Positions 28,847 through 39,297 are shown, numbered from the stretch's first letter. The stretch is DNA of 64,000 bases from Planctomycetota bacterium (GCA_965228735.1 OZ245838.1:6848001-6912000); one strand, 5' to 3'. Program-made: numbers and translations. Notes: generated from the sequence alone by a model not told the origin.

Positions 28847-29602
28847 CTAGCCGCTGGCGGTGCGGAACACGACGACCCGACCGCCGCTCGCCACGGCGGG
28901 CAAGCCGCGCCGCGGTAACGACATCACGCGAGGTGCCGACCTGCCGTCCGATGCCTTGGATCCTCGCTTCTGCTTCGAACCCGGCGGGGGGCCGGTTCGC
29001 CCGTTCGACTCGTTCTTCTTCGCGTCCGCGGGTTTGCGATACGGATTCTCGCCGTCCCTCAGCTCCAGCGGAATCGTCAGCACGTGGGTGCCGAACGCGA
29101 ACCGGAAGCGTGCCTTGTCGGCTTCGCCGACGGGATCGATCGCGAGGTGCAACCGCTTGTGGAGCTCCGCGGTCGATTTCGCATGCATGTGCCAGTCGAT
29201 CGGGATCGGCCCTTCCCCGCCCTGCTTGCGCAGGTTGAGTTCCCAGCACTGATCGCGGTCGATCGTGAAGTAGAGGTCGTAACGGCCCGGCGGGATCAGG
29301 TTGCCGCACGCGACGACGTGGTTGGTCGTGGCGAACGTGCCGATCGGTTTGCTCGCTGCGATCCGGTTGAACTCGGCGTGTCGGCTCTTCTGTCCCGGCA
29401 GCATCCGCCACATCCCCTTGCCGTAGGCGATCGCGGTGTAGTGCAACTCGACCATCGAGTCGCCGGGGAAGTCGATCCGGGTCGACAGGCGCGGCGCATT
29501 CTCGTTGATCGAGCCCGTGACCTGGGCCGCGGTGACTGCGGAGAACGCGGCCGCGGCGAGGCCCGCGGTCAGGACACAACGGCAACACGACGCCACGTTC
29601 AT
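28847..29602 (-). CDS. Secreted DUF2911-like protein
   Basis: Signal peptide TAA|Q; 'GNLIPPGRYDLYFT...W' pattern. Confidence 0.55.
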   Translation of the reverse strand: MNVASCCRCVLTAGLAAAAFSAVTAAQVTGSINENAPRLSTRIDFPGDSMVELHYTAIAYGKGMWRMLPGQKSRHAEFNRIAASKPIGTFATTNHVVACGNLIPPGRYDLYFTIDRDQCWELNLRKQGGEGPIPIDWHMHAKSTAELHKRLHLAIDPVGEADKARFRFAFGTHVLTIPLELRDGENPYRKPADAKKNESNGRTGPPPGSKQKRGSKASDGRSAPRVMSLPRRGLPAVASGGRVVVFRTASG

Positions 29603-29678
29603 CACCGTCGAGTCTAGCACACGGTGGTGCCGGCGATGGTGGGTGGGAGCTCCCGATGCTGCGGTTGTTTCGACTGCG

Positions 29679-30887
29679 CTAGATCGGCAGCCGTTCGAGC
29701 TCGAGGGTGACCGTCCGTTGATTCTCACCGCGCCGCAGCAGCAACGTGTGCTTCGCGGTCACGCCCTCGCGCAGCCCGTTCCACAGGCCCTCGATCCCGA
29801 TCTGCAGGGCCGAGCGGCCGTCGACCTCGAGCAACACGTCATCGCGTCGGATCCCGGCGCGATCGGCAGGCGAGCCCTCGTAGACGTGAAACACGCGGAT
29901 CTCGGTCGGGACGGCACCGTCCGCGGCGAACTCGAGGCCGGTCAGACTCTCGCGCAGCGGCGCGGTGATCGCTGCGTTGGGTTCGAGGAACATGCGCGTC
30001 CGGCGGTAGTCGAACGTGACGGTGAAGCGGCGCAGCAGTTCGCCGCCGATGATGCCGGCGTAGAAGCGCCGACCCGACGTGCCGTCGCTCACGACGGCGT
30101 GCGCGACGACATCAGTGAACGTGTGCCGGCCGAGCACCACCTTGTCGATGCGGACGAGCTTGCCCGTCGCCTGCGTGCCGCCGAAGCCCCAGCCGCGCGC
30201 GGCGACGCTGGGCTGATCCGCAGCGATGACCTCGTCGTAGAAGTGCGGCGACAGGCTGATCGTCTGCGCGCTCCCCGCGTCGACGAGGAACTTGCCCGTC
30301 ACCTCTTCGCCGTCACGTCGCGTCAGGCGCAGCTTCACGAGCGGCTTGGTGCGACGGATCTCGAGGTCGAGGGCTTCGCCCCGGCCCGAGTAACGAAAGC
30401 CCTCTGGCTCGTAGAGCCGCATGCGGCCGGCGCCATAGTCGAGTTCGACGACCTTCGCCTGCGGCAGGTCGTAGCCCATGATGCCCCACAGCGGCCGGCC
30501 GACCGCGCCCGTGAGCTGGCCCATCGGCACGGCGCCAACCGTTCGGTTAGGCCAGGTGAACGCGCCGAGCTGCAGCGTGACGCCCGACGTCTTGCCGAAG
30601 CGTACAGTGCCACCCGGTTGTGTCGACGTGCCGAGGTCCTGCACGGCGAAGCCGAGTCCCTCGACGAACGTGCGGTCGAGGAAAGTCTGCGTCGCGCCCG
30701 TGTCGAAGCACAGCCAGCGCGGTTCGCCACCTCCGACGGTCGCCCAGACGAACGGCAGGCCGAGCGGGGTCGTCATCGGCAGCGTCGCGATCGGGGTCGA
30801 TGGCGCGGGGTCGGCCTCGGGCCCCTGGGCGAGCACCAGCGCGGCGCAGGCCAACGCCGGGGCGATTCGGAAGAACGTGCGCGGCAT
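29679..30887 (-). CDS. Secreted retropepsin-like aspartyl protease (two domains) with PDZ domain
   Basis: FDTGA and VDAGS motifs, GIMG/GIIG, C-terminal 'GSPADRAGIRRDD.LLEVDG'. Confidence 0.85.
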   Translation of the reverse strand: MPRTFFRIAPALACAALVLAQGPEADPAPSTPIATLPMTTPLGLPFVWATVGGGEPRWLCFDTGATQTFLDRTFVEGLGFAVQDLGTSTQPGGTVRFGKTSGVTLQLGAFTWPNRTVGAVPMGQLTGAVGRPLWGIMGYDLPQAKVVELDYGAGRMRLYEPEGFRYSGRGEALDLEIRRTKPLVKLRLTRRDGEEVTGKFLVDAGSAQTISLSPHFYDEVIAADQPSVAARGWGFGGTQATGKLVRIDKVVLGRHTFTDVVAHAVVSDGTSGRRFYAGIIGGELLRRFTVTFDYRRTRMFLEPNAAITAPLRESLTGLEFAADGAVPTEIRVFHVYEGSPADRAGIRRDDVLLEVDGRSALQIGIEGLWNGLREGVTAKHTLLLRRGENQRTVTLELERLPI

Positions 30888-30967
30888 GGTGTGCATTGCT
30901 GCACAGTCGCCGGGCCCGTCGCCTGGGACTCAGCAGATCCGGAAATGTGCCCGCGATCCGGGAAGCG

Positions 30968-32980
30968 CTATCGATTCCGTGGCGAAGTCTGCAGTGCGCT
31001 CCGCACGGCCTCGACGATGGTGCTTCTCGTAGCCGGCTTCTGCAGGACCGCTGCCAAGCCGGAGTCCCGGTAGCGATCGAGCAGGTCGGTTTCCGCGTAG
31101 CCGCTCGCCAGGATCACGGGCACCGTCTCGCAGTGTTGGCGAATGGCCACCAGGGTCTCGGCACCGTTCTTTCCAGGCATGCTGTAGTCGAGCAGGACAC
31201 AGTCGATCGCGTCATGGTGCTGGCGGAAGAGCTCGATGGCCTCCTCGCCGTCGGCAGCCGACAACACCTCGCATCCCGCGGTGCTCAGGACGCGGACCAT
31301 GACCCGGAGAACGGCGTCGTCGTCGTCGGCAACCAGCACCGTCGCGTCGAGCGATTCCGCAGGGTGCGGGGTGCCGCACGGTTCTGGCGTCGGGGCGGAA
31401 GTCGTGTGGGGGAGGAGGACCGTGAACGTCGTGCCGTGGCCGACCTGGCTCTCGACGAGGAGCCCGCCGTGGTGGCTGGTCACGATGCCGTGAACGGCAG
31501 CCAGTCCGAGTCCGCGGTTGTCGGACTTGGTCGAGAAGAAGGGATCGAACATGCGAGCCCGGTCACGCGTATCGATGCCGACGCCGGTGTCCGCCACCGT
31601 CAGGACGACGTACGAGCCCGGCGCCAGCGGCGCGCCTTCGGCCTGCCACTCGCTGAGGCCCTGGTCATCGAGGTCTCGAATCGACGTCCGGATCGTGATC
31701 TCTCCCGCCACGTCCCCGATTGCGTCCACGGCGTTGGTCAGGAGATTCATCACCAGACTGCGAATCTGTGCCGCGTCGCCGGACACCCCGCAATCACCAC
31801 GATGGAGATCGAAGTGGAGTTCGATGTTCTTGGGAATGCCCACCCGCAAGAGGCTCGCGACTTCGTTGACGATCTCGTTGCAGGCTACGGTTCGTGGCGC
31901 CGTGTTGCCTCGCCCGGTGTATGCCAGGATTTGCGCGCACAGTTCGGCTGCAGCAGTGCCGGCCTTGTGGATGTCCTCGAGTTCGGGCTGACCGCGATCG
32001 TTCGGCCGCGTCAGCAGCAGTTCCGCGTTGCCGACGATCGTCGACAGGAGGTTGTTGAAGTCGTGTGCGATGCCGCCCGCGAGCAGGCCGAGTGCTTCGA
32101 TCTTCTCCGTGCGTAGAACGCGTTGTTGCAGCAGGTCGCGTTCCACTGCGAGCCCGACCATCCTGGCGGCGATCTCGAGCCCGTCCATCTGTTGGCGCCG
32201 GGGCTCGGCCGGAACTCGGCTGTACAGTGCCATCGCGCCGAGCACCCTGCCATCCGAGTCTGCGACCGGGTGTGACCAACAAGCGGATACCCCAGCGATC
32301 GATGCGGCTGCGCGCAGCTCGGTCCACAGCGGGTCGTTCTGGATGTCCGCGACCACGACGGGCTCGTTCCAGAAGGCCGCCGTGCCGCAGGATCCGACCA
32401 TTGGGCCGATCCTCAGACCCTCGACCGCGCGATTGTACTCGGCTGGCAAGCTCGGGCCGGCGCCGACGGTGATCCGCTCGCCGGTCTCGTCGACGAGAAC
32501 GATCGAACAGAGCATCCCGGGGTTCTTGGATTCGACGATCTGCGCCATTGCAGCGAGCGTCTCGGCGATGCCCGAATTCGCCGTCTCGGCCGGGATCCGC
32601 GGACTCGGCTCCATCAAGGGGGCCGACAGGCTCGGCCTGGTCCCGAGGATCACTCCGTGGCCCTCGTGTTGGCGGATCCGCCACTGCAGGCTGACCCACG
32701 TGCCGTCGGCTGCGCGGTGACGAGCGATCGTAGGCGCTTCGTCGCGCCGCTCGATCGCGTCCTCCAGCTGCTGCCAGTCGTCGGGGTGGATCCACTCCAC
32801 GAGTGGATTCAGCGCGAGTTCGCCGTCGGAGTAACCCGTCAGCTGGGCGAACGGGCCGTTGCAACGCACGGTGCCCACTCCGTCGAGTCGGCGCAGCACC
32901 ATCGGGGCGTAGCAGCTATCCATGGCAGAGGTGAGATGAGCGAGTTCCCCAAGTGTCGAGAATGGGAGAACCGAGCGCAA
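30968..32980 (-). CDS. Cytoplasmic hybrid histidine kinase PAS-GAF-HisKA-HATPase-REC (start uncertain, alternative 32923)
   Basis: 'IHPDD' PAS; 'GSCGTAAF..EPVVVADI..DPLW' GAF; 'AGGIAHDFNN'; 'FDPFFSTK'; REC. Confidence 0.9.
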   Translation of the reverse strand: MRSVLPFSTLGELAHLTSAMDSCYAPMVLRRLDGVGTVRCNGPFAQLTGYSDGELALNPLVEWIHPDDWQQLEDAIERRDEAPTIARHRAADGTWVSLQWRIRQHEGHGVILGTRPSLSAPLMEPSPRIPAETANSGIAETLAAMAQIVESKNPGMLCSIVLVDETGERITVGAGPSLPAEYNRAVEGLRIGPMVGSCGTAAFWNEPVVVADIQNDPLWTELRAAASIAGVSACWSHPVADSDGRVLGAMALYSRVPAEPRRQQMDGLEIAARMVGLAVERDLLQQRVLRTEKIEALGLLAGGIAHDFNNLLSTIVGNAELLLTRPNDRGQPELEDIHKAGTAAAELCAQILAYTGRGNTAPRTVACNEIVNEVASLLRVGIPKNIELHFDLHRGDCGVSGDAAQIRSLVMNLLTNAVDAIGDVAGEITIRTSIRDLDDQGLSEWQAEGAPLAPGSYVVLTVADTGVGIDTRDRARMFDPFFSTKSDNRGLGLAAVHGIVTSHHGGLLVESQVGHGTTFTVLLPHTTSAPTPEPCGTPHPAESLDATVLVADDDDAVLRVMVRVLSTAGCEVLSAADGEEAIELFRQHHDAIDCVLLDYSMPGKNGAETLVAIRQHCETVPVILASGYAETDLLDRYRDSGLAAVLQKPATRSTIVEAVRSALQTSPRNR

Positions 32981-33164
32981 GCGGGTGCCCTCCGCGATGG
33001 GCCCGTGCGGGCGGCGAGCGGGGCGCAGGACGAGTCAGCGCGCAACGCAGGGACTGGGTCGCGTTCCTCGGCATCTCGGGTCGCATTGCTTGGCAGTGCA
33101 AAGCAATGGCAGCCGGATTGCCCACCAAACATGTCGTGCTACACGACTGCGCCGCTCGCGGCGG

Positions 33165-33224
33165 ACCTGCCGAGGCACCACTGCCGCGCACGTCGACCTT
33201 CACGAGCACGTAGCCGTTGGCAAG
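33165..33224 (-). pseudogene. Short fragment of a CocE/NonD (S15-like) hydrolase
   Basis: LANGYVLVKVDVRGSGASAG matches 'GY.VV..DVRG.G.S.G'; flanks look non-coding. Confidence 0.4.
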
Positions 33225-33292
33225 AACAGATCGACGCGTCGAACGTGCCCATGCTCGTGTTCGCGAGTTGGTTGAACGCGGGCGCTGACACC

Positions 33293-36200
33293 CTACTTCC
33301 CCTTCCACGCGTCGCGCAGCTTCGCCGCGGCTTCGGTTCGGCCGGCGGCTTCGTGAACCCGGATCTCCTCCCAGTTGGCGACGTGAAGCCACGCTCCGCC
33401 CTCGCGGATCTGCGCGGCAGCAGCGCGGATCTCCTCGAGGACGGCGGTCGCGGTGTCGTACTCGGTGGCGTCGATGTGGGCGTGGGCGGCCTCGACCTTG
33501 TGGACCAGTGCGAGGTTGGTGCTGCGCGACGCGGTCGACGCGGTCGGGATCTCGGTCTCGAGAACGTTGCGAGCATCGGTGAACCGGCCGAGCCGCACGT
33601 AGACCAGCGCGACGCGGATCGCGGCGGACAGTCGCCACGCTTCGCCGTGCGGCTTCGTGCGCTGTCGGATGCGCAGCGTGGCCTCGGCGTCGGGGAGGAC
33701 TCTGGCCAGGGGGTGGTGCATGGTGTCGCGCATCAAGGCCCGCATCTCGTACGCCCACGCGGCCATCGCGTGGCCGTCGGGGCGCAATCGTTCGTAGATC
33801 GCGAGCGAGTTCGTGGCGGCCTTCTCCGCGGCCTCCAGTTCGCTCAGCGCGTAGTGGGCCCAGCTCACGTGGTAGAACGCGCGCCCGATGTACTCGTGGA
33901 ACGGCTGCACCGTCTCGAGCATCTCGATCGCGGCCTTCGCCTGCTCGAGGGCGAGTTTCGGCTGTCTCTGAAAGTTGCGCAGCACCGCGAACCACAGCAG
34001 GGACGTGCCGTGTTCGAACGTGGCGGCGGGGTTCGCCTCGACGAGCTTCTGCGCCGCGAGCAGGCGTTGTTCGGCGCTGCCGGTGTTGCCGGCCTGCATC
34101 TCGAACCACGCCAGAGCCTGGAGGCGGCGCGCTTGAAAGCTCCGTTCTTTCCAGTTCTCGAGCGGTGCGTCGGTCGTGGCTTCGATGAGCAGCTCCTGTG
34201 CCGCCGCGCTGTCACCGAGTCGGCCGACGCAATCGCCGAGGTTGCCCAGGACGATGCGGGTGTACGTGTGATCCGCGGGCAGCCGCCGTCGGAAGATGCG
34301 CAGCGCTTCGCGAAAGTGCGACTCGGCCGCGCGGAGTTCGCCCGTCTGGAGCAGGGTCAACGCGAGATCGTTCGCCGTCCAGCCGACCTGCATGTGGTCG
34401 GGGCCCACGCGTTGCTTGAACGCGTCGAGCGCCAGTTCGAGTTGCTCGCGGGCGGCGTCGATCTCGCCCGCGAAGTTCAGTGTGCTCGCGTACGTGCGCC
34501 TGGCCTGCGACGTCAACGGGTGGTCCCGCGACAGCAGGCGGGTGGCCTCGTCCACGGCACTTGCCGCCATCGCGACCGCGTCATCGCGTCGATGCGCGCC
34601 GCGCAACGCCTCGGCGAGGTTCGACCGGGCGACGACGATCTTCGGGTGGCCCTCGGGGAACGACGAAGCGAGCCCTTCGAGCTGTTCGCGGAACGCGGCT
34701 TCGGCCGCGGCGCCCTCGCCCTGACTCGTCAGCGTGCTGCCGAGCGAGGCCAGGGCATTGTGCACGATCCTGACCGAGGCGGAGTCGCTGCGCGGCCTGG
34801 CGACTTCGAGTACCTGCTCGAGGATGGCGCGCGCCTCGTCGTGCCGTTCGACCGAGTTCAGCGCGTTGGCGCGTTCGAGCTGGCAGTTGAGGATCACGGT
34901 GTGGTCCGGCGGAAACCGTCGACGCGCGCGTTCGAGCGCGTCGTCGGCGGCGGCGATCGCCTCGCCGTAGCGGGTCTGCGCGAGCAGAGCACCGGAGTAG
35001 CTGCCGCGGATCGTGATCGATCGCGCATCGTCGGGCAGCGAGTCGAGGATCCCGACCGCCTCGGTCAAGAGCGCGACCGCATCCTCGTACTCGCCGAGCC
35101 AGAAGTGGACCCGGCCGAGCCGGCCGAGCATGCGCGCGCGGATCTCGGGCTGCTCGGTCAGCTCGGTGCGAATCAGCTCCCTGGCCTGCTCCAGGACGAG
35201 CGCGACCGACGCGTCCTTGTCGAGCGTCGTCTCGGGGCTCGCGTACTGCACGAGCCGCTCGAGAACCTCCGAGACCCGCAACGTGTCCTTCGCGTTGCGC
35301 TCGGCCTGGTCGCGCGCGTCGTTCGCCTCGAGCAGGAGAACGAGCGACGTCGCGCCGCCCACGATGATGGTCAACAGGATCGCGGCCGCTGCCATGACCT
35401 GGAGGCGGTAGCGGCGCACGAACTTCCGCATGCGATAGGTCGCACTCGGGGGGCTCGCCGTGACGGCTTCATCATCGAGGAATCGTTGCAGGTCGCGTGA
35501 CAGCTCGGCGGCCGATTCGTAGCGCTCATCGGGATCCTTCGCGAGCGCGCGTAGAACGATCCAGTCGAGGTCGCCGCGCAGCGCCCGCGCCAGCGGCTCG
35601 TCGCAGCGACTGCTCGGTCGCGGTGGTTCGTCCTCACGAATGATGCGCTGGATCTCCGTGAGCGACAGCTGGCGCAGTTCTTTGCTGTCGAACGGCAGCG
35701 TGCCGCTGAGCAGTTCGTAGAGCACGACGCCGAGCGAGTAGACGTCGGTGCGAGTATCGATCGCGTCGCGTCGCCCCGCGGCCTGCTCGGGTGACATGTA
35801 CTCGGGCGTGCCGACGAGCACGCCTTGCTCGGTGTAGATCGAATGGTCGACGAGCTCCTGTTCGGTGGCGCGCGCGAGGCCGAAGTCGATGATCTTGACA
35901 CGGTCGCGCGTGCCGTCGCGACTGCCGAGCAGGTTCGCCGGCTTGAGGTCGCGGTGCAGCACGCCCTTCTGATGCGCGTGCTGCACGCCGTCGCAGACCT
36001 GCTGGAAGAGTCGGATCCGTTCTTCGATCGACAGCTCGTGGGCCTCGCAGAACCGCACGAGCGGCTGCCCCGACACCAGCTCCATGGCGAAGTACGACTG
36101 CCCGGTCTCGGCGACGCCGGCGTCGAACACCCTGGCGATCGCCGGGTGGTCCATCATCGCCAGCGTCTGGCGTTCCAACGCGAAGCGCGCGAGGATCGTA

Positions 36201-36559
36201 TCGCTGTCCATGCCGCGCTTGATGAGCTTGAGCGCGACCTCGCGACGCACCGGCGTCTGCTGTTCGGCGCGGTAGACGATGCCCATACCGCCAGCGCCGA
36301 GCGTCTCGAGAATGCGGTACGGCCCGATCGTCTCCGGAGCGGGTGTCGAAGTAGCGGCGCCCAGTTCGAGCGATACCGACAGTTCGTAGGCCTTGCGCAG
36401 CTGGGTGGCGTGCTCGGGGTGCTTCGCGCATGCTGCCGCCAGAGCGTTCGGTTGCGCTTTGGCCGGCAGGTCGAGCAGGCCGTCGAGGATGTCGGCGAGC
36501 ATCTCCTCGACCGGATCCGAAGGTTCGGACGGCGCAGGCGAGTCGGACTCGGAGGCCAT
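33293..36559 (-). CDS. Ser/Thr protein kinase with TM segment and TPR repeats
   Basis: GAGGMG, VALK, HRDLKPAN, DFGLA, GTPEYMSPEQ, 'LRGDLDWIV'; TPRs. Confidence 0.93.
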   Translation of the reverse strand: MASESDSPAPSEPSDPVEEMLADILDGLLDLPAKAQPNALAAACAKHPEHATQLRKAYELSVSLELGAATSTPAPETIGPYRILETLGAGGMGIVYRAEQQTPVRREVALKLIKRGMDSDTILARFALERQTLAMMDHPAIARVFDAGVAETGQSYFAMELVSGQPLVRFCEAHELSIEERIRLFQQVCDGVQHAHQKGVLHRDLKPANLLGSRDGTRDRVKIIDFGLARATEQELVDHSIYTEQGVLVGTPEYMSPEQAAGRRDAIDTRTDVYSLGVVLYELLSGTLPFDSKELRQLSLTEIQRIIREDEPPRPSSRCDEPLARALRGDLDWIVLRALAKDPDERYESAAELSRDLQRFLDDEAVTASPPSATYRMRKFVRRYRLQVMAAAAILLTIIVGGATSLVLLLEANDARDQAERNAKDTLRVSEVLERLVQYASPETTLDKDASVALVLEQARELIRTELTEQPEIRARMLGRLGRVHFWLGEYEDAVALLTEAVGILDSLPDDARSITIRGSYSGALLAQTRYGEAIAAADDALERARRRFPPDHTVILNCQLERANALNSVERHDEARAILEQVLEVARPRSDSASVRIVHNALASLGSTLTSQGEGAAAEAAFREQLEGLASSFPEGHPKIVVARSNLAEALRGAHRRDDAVAMAASAVDEATRLLSRDHPLTSQARRTYASTLNFAGEIDAAREQLELALDAFKQRVGPDHMQVGWTANDLALTLLQTGELRAAESHFREALRIFRRRLPADHTYTRIVLGNLGDCVGRLGDSAAAQELLIEATTDAPLENWKERSFQARRLQALAWFEMQAGNTGSAEQRLLAAQKLVEANPAATFEHGTSLLWFAVLRNFQRQPKLALEQAKAAIEMLETVQPFHEYIGRAFYHVSWAHYALSELEAAEKAATNSLAIYERLRPDGHAMAAWAYEMRALMRDTMHHPLARVLPDAEATLRIRQRTKPHGEAWRLSAAIRVALVYVRLGRFTDARNVLETEIPTASTASRSTNLALVHKVEAAHAHIDATEYDTATAVLEEIRAAAAQIREGGAWLHVANWEEIRVHEAAGRTEAAAKLRDAWKGK

Positions 36560-36623
36560 GGCCCCACGGTATCCGGAACGGTGCCGGCAAGCCCGACGAT
36601 CGCCGCCTGGGGCTCGACGCCCT

Positions 36624-37664
36624 TCAGCTTTGGCTCGACGCCTTGGTCGCCAGCGCGCTCCGCAATCGCTGCTGGAAACCCTGCGAGATGCCGTCTCGCT
36701 CCAGGTCGTCCTGGAATTGGGTCTGGTCCACGCCCTGCTCGGCGAGGACGACGTAGTCCGGGCGGTCGGCTGCCGATTCGTGGATGAACTGCGCCACGAT
36801 GTAGCCCTTCGACACGACGAACGCGCCGGGCATCTGGGCCGCGTCGCCGCGCAACCAGCCGATGCCGTGCCCTCGTTTCACGCCGGCGTCCCACCCGCGC
36901 TTCCAGACGGACCAGCCGAGGAGTTGCGCGGGGCTGCCGCGTCGCAGCGCGAACGCGCGATAGAGCACGCGGTCCGGGTCGCTGACCGCGGTGACGTCCT
37001 GCAAGCCATATTTGCCGAACATGACGCGGGCCTCGTTCTTCGACGACATGTGCACCAGCACGAGGCGCATGCCGGCGGCGCGCAGCCGGTCGTTGATCGC
37101 GGCCAGGTCGGAGAGCGCCTCCCGACAGAAGGTGCACCCGAAGTGCCGCAAGAAGACGACGAACTGCGGCTGGTCGCCCGAAGCCGTGAGCAGGTCGATG
37201 CCGTCCCGGTCCTCGTAAAGCGACAGGGCCATGTCGAGCGGCAGGACGGGGGGCGTCTGCTCGCTACGGTGGGCGCGGGCCGCGCCGCGCAGAATCAACC
37301 CGAACGGCACCCACCAGATCGGCCCGAGGGCGAGGACCAGCAGGCCGAACTCCCACGGGAGAAGCCCGCGAGCAGCAGCCCAGACGAACCCGCCCGTGAG
37401 GAGGATTTTCGCCACGAGGCCGACCAGCACGACTGGCCAGAGCCGCAGCGGGTGCCGCGCCGCGAACGCATACCCTAGGCCGTAAATAGCGAGGATCAAC
37501 CCCAGGCCCTGCTCGACCTCGGGGTAGCGCGGGACGTCCCGGCCGGCCCATGCGAACGGGGCCGACGGGGCGGCGGCGAGGAAGATGCCGCCGAGGACGT
37601 CGACGGCGGCCGCGAGCAGGAGCACGCGGGACATCCATTTTGGTGTGCGGCTGCCAGGCTGCAT
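36624..37664 (-). CDS. Membrane domain fused to AhpC/TSA-like (SelL-related) redox domain
   Basis: About 4 TM helices, then 'FLRHFGCTFCRE', 'SDPDR.LYRAF', 'QMPGAFVV'. Confidence 0.82.
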   Translation of the reverse strand: MQPGSRTPKWMSRVLLLAAAVDVLGGIFLAAAPSAPFAWAGRDVPRYPEVEQGLGLILAIYGLGYAFAARHPLRLWPVVLVGLVAKILLTGGFVWAAARGLLPWEFGLLVLALGPIWWVPFGLILRGAARAHRSEQTPPVLPLDMALSLYEDRDGIDLLTASGDQPQFVVFLRHFGCTFCREALSDLAAINDRLRAAGMRLVLVHMSSKNEARVMFGKYGLQDVTAVSDPDRVLYRAFALRRGSPAQLLGWSVWKRGWDAGVKRGHGIGWLRGDAAQMPGAFVVSKGYIVAQFIHESAADRPDYVVLAEQGVDQTQFQDDLERDGISQGFQQRLRSALATKASSQS

Positions 37665-37822
37665 GACCGCTTCTTTCGCCGCCGGGCGGCGCGCGGATGC
37701 GGCAGTTGCCGGGGAGGGGCAATGATGCTTGCCGGGATCATGCCGCCGCTGCCGGCGTCCGCGGCGCATCGCCCGTGGGCGGCCATTGCTCGGGCGCCGC
37801 ATCCGATTCCCGACCGCCGCGG

Positions 37823-38626
37823 TCAGCCCGCGATCCGGCGCAAGAACCGATCCATCGAGGCGTCCACGGCCGCGCGACCACCGCCGAGGATATCGCGACC
37901 CCAGGTGTAGCCGAACACGTCGTCGAACTCGATGTCGGCCAGGCGTTCGCGGATCGCGACGACGTCGCTCGTGAGCATCGGCACGAGGTTCGGGTAGCTG
38001 TACATGAACGACACGTGCCGGCGGTCGAGGCCGACCTGCAGAGCGTCGCCGGAGAAGAGAGCACCGCCCGGGCGCGGGCCGTCGCGCCAGTGCAGCACCG
38101 TGCTGCCGGGGAAGTGGCCGCCGCAGCGAATCAAGGTCACGTCCGCGAGCTCGAGCGTGTCACCGGACCAGAACTCGATCGCGGAGTGGGGGCGTTGCAC
38201 CCACTCGCGGTCCGCTTCGTGGAGCGTGATCGGCACGCCGCCGAACGCGTCGCTCCACTCTCCCATTGCGGAGTAGAAATGCGGATGGGAGATCGCAATG
38301 CGCTCGATCCCGCCACGCGCCCGGATGGCCTCGACCGCCTCGTCGGTGACGGCGCTCAGGCATTCCCAGAGGATGTTTCCGGTCGCAGTCGGGATCAGGA
38401 ACGCGCGCTGATCGATGGCGAACGACGGCGTCAGCCCGAGGGCCAGGATGCCGTGGTGGTCCTCGAGCCGCGCGCTGTGCTGCTCCAGCAGGGCGGCATG
38501 CGTGGTCCAACGTTGGCCGTTCCAGCCGACGTACTGGCGATCGTCCTCACAGATGGGGCAATGCGTCGGAGGCCGATCGGAGTCGGCGAACTGGGTGCCG
38601 CAGGTCTCGCACAGAAAGCGTGTCAT
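37823..38626 (-). CDS. MBL-fold metallo-hydrolase with N-terminal Zn ribbon
   Basis: CETC/CPIC; 'ISHPHFY', 'GGHFPG', 'LFSGD'. Confidence 0.88.
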   Translation of the reverse strand: MTRFLCETCGTQFADSDRPPTHCPICEDDRQYVGWNGQRWTTHAALLEQHSARLEDHHGILALGLTPSFAIDQRAFLIPTATGNILWECLSAVTDEAVEAIRARGGIERIAISHPHFYSAMGEWSDAFGGVPITLHEADREWVQRPHSAIEFWSGDTLELADVTLIRCGGHFPGSTVLHWRDGPRPGGALFSGDALQVGLDRRHVSFMYSYPNLVPMLTSDVVAIRERLADIEFDDVFGYTWGRDILGGGRAAVDASMDRFLRRIAG

Positions 38627-38685
38627 GGTATTGGTCTCCAAGTCGTCGTGGTTGATTGGTCGGTGGGTGGCTGTCGATGGCGGTG

Positions 38686-39183
38686 TCAGTTCGGATCGGG
38701 GTTCTCGAGAGTCGCGAGGAAGCGTTCGAGCAGCTTGTTCAGCCGGCGGAACTCGCTCTCGTCGAGGCCCGCGGTGAGCTTCGACTGCGTCGCGACGTGG
38801 TCCGTGACGGCGGTCTCGATCAGGTCGAATCCCGCGTTGGTCAGAGCGATCAGGAAACTGCGGCCGTCCCCTTCATTGGCGATGCGTTCGACGAGGCCGG
38901 CCTTGGCCAACTGGTCGATCCGGTTGGTCATGGTCCCGGACGTGACCATGGTGCTGGCCATCAGCGCGCCGGGCGTCATCTCGTACGGCTCGCCCGAGCG
39001 TCGCAGCGTCGCCAGGACGTCGAAGCTCGCGAGGTTGAGGCCGTGGGTGGCGAACGTCCGGTTCATCTCCTGCTGGAGGAGGTGGTGGATGCGTTTGACG
39101 CGACCGATCAGCCCCATCGGGGCGACGTCGAGGTCGGGTCGTTCGCGGTTCCATTGCTCCAGAATCCGGGCCACGTGATCCAT
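38686..39183 (-). CDS. MarR regulator, PecS/UrtR-like subfamily
   Basis: 'MDHVARILEQWNRERPDLD', 'FDVLATLRRSG.PY', 'SGTMTNRIDQL', 'DGRS'. Confidence 0.88.
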   Translation of the reverse strand: MDHVARILEQWNRERPDLDVAPMGLIGRVKRIHHLLQQEMNRTFATHGLNLASFDVLATLRRSGEPYEMTPGALMASTMVTSGTMTNRIDQLAKAGLVERIANEGDGRSFLIALTNAGFDLIETAVTDHVATQSKLTAGLDESEFRRLNKLLERFLATLENPDPN

Positions 39184-39204
39184 GCCTGAAGGGTGGAGCA
39201 CAGG

Positions 39205-39242
39205 TCTCTTGAAGTCAAGATAAGTATCTCGAAATCAAGAAA
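39205..39242. promoter_or_regulatory. Tandem palindromic MarR/PecS-type operators
   Basis: tcTCTTGAagTCAAGAta (39205-39222) and taTCTCGAaaTCAAGAaa (39225-39242) just upstream of marR. Confidence 0.7.
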
Positions 39243-39297
39243 TGTCGTGCTGCGCTGCGGTGCTGTGCGGCAGTCGGCCGGCGAACGGGCGGGCCAG

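Noticed and set aside
36624..37664. Selenoprotein
   Set aside because: Both CxxC positions are Cys codons; no in-frame TGA
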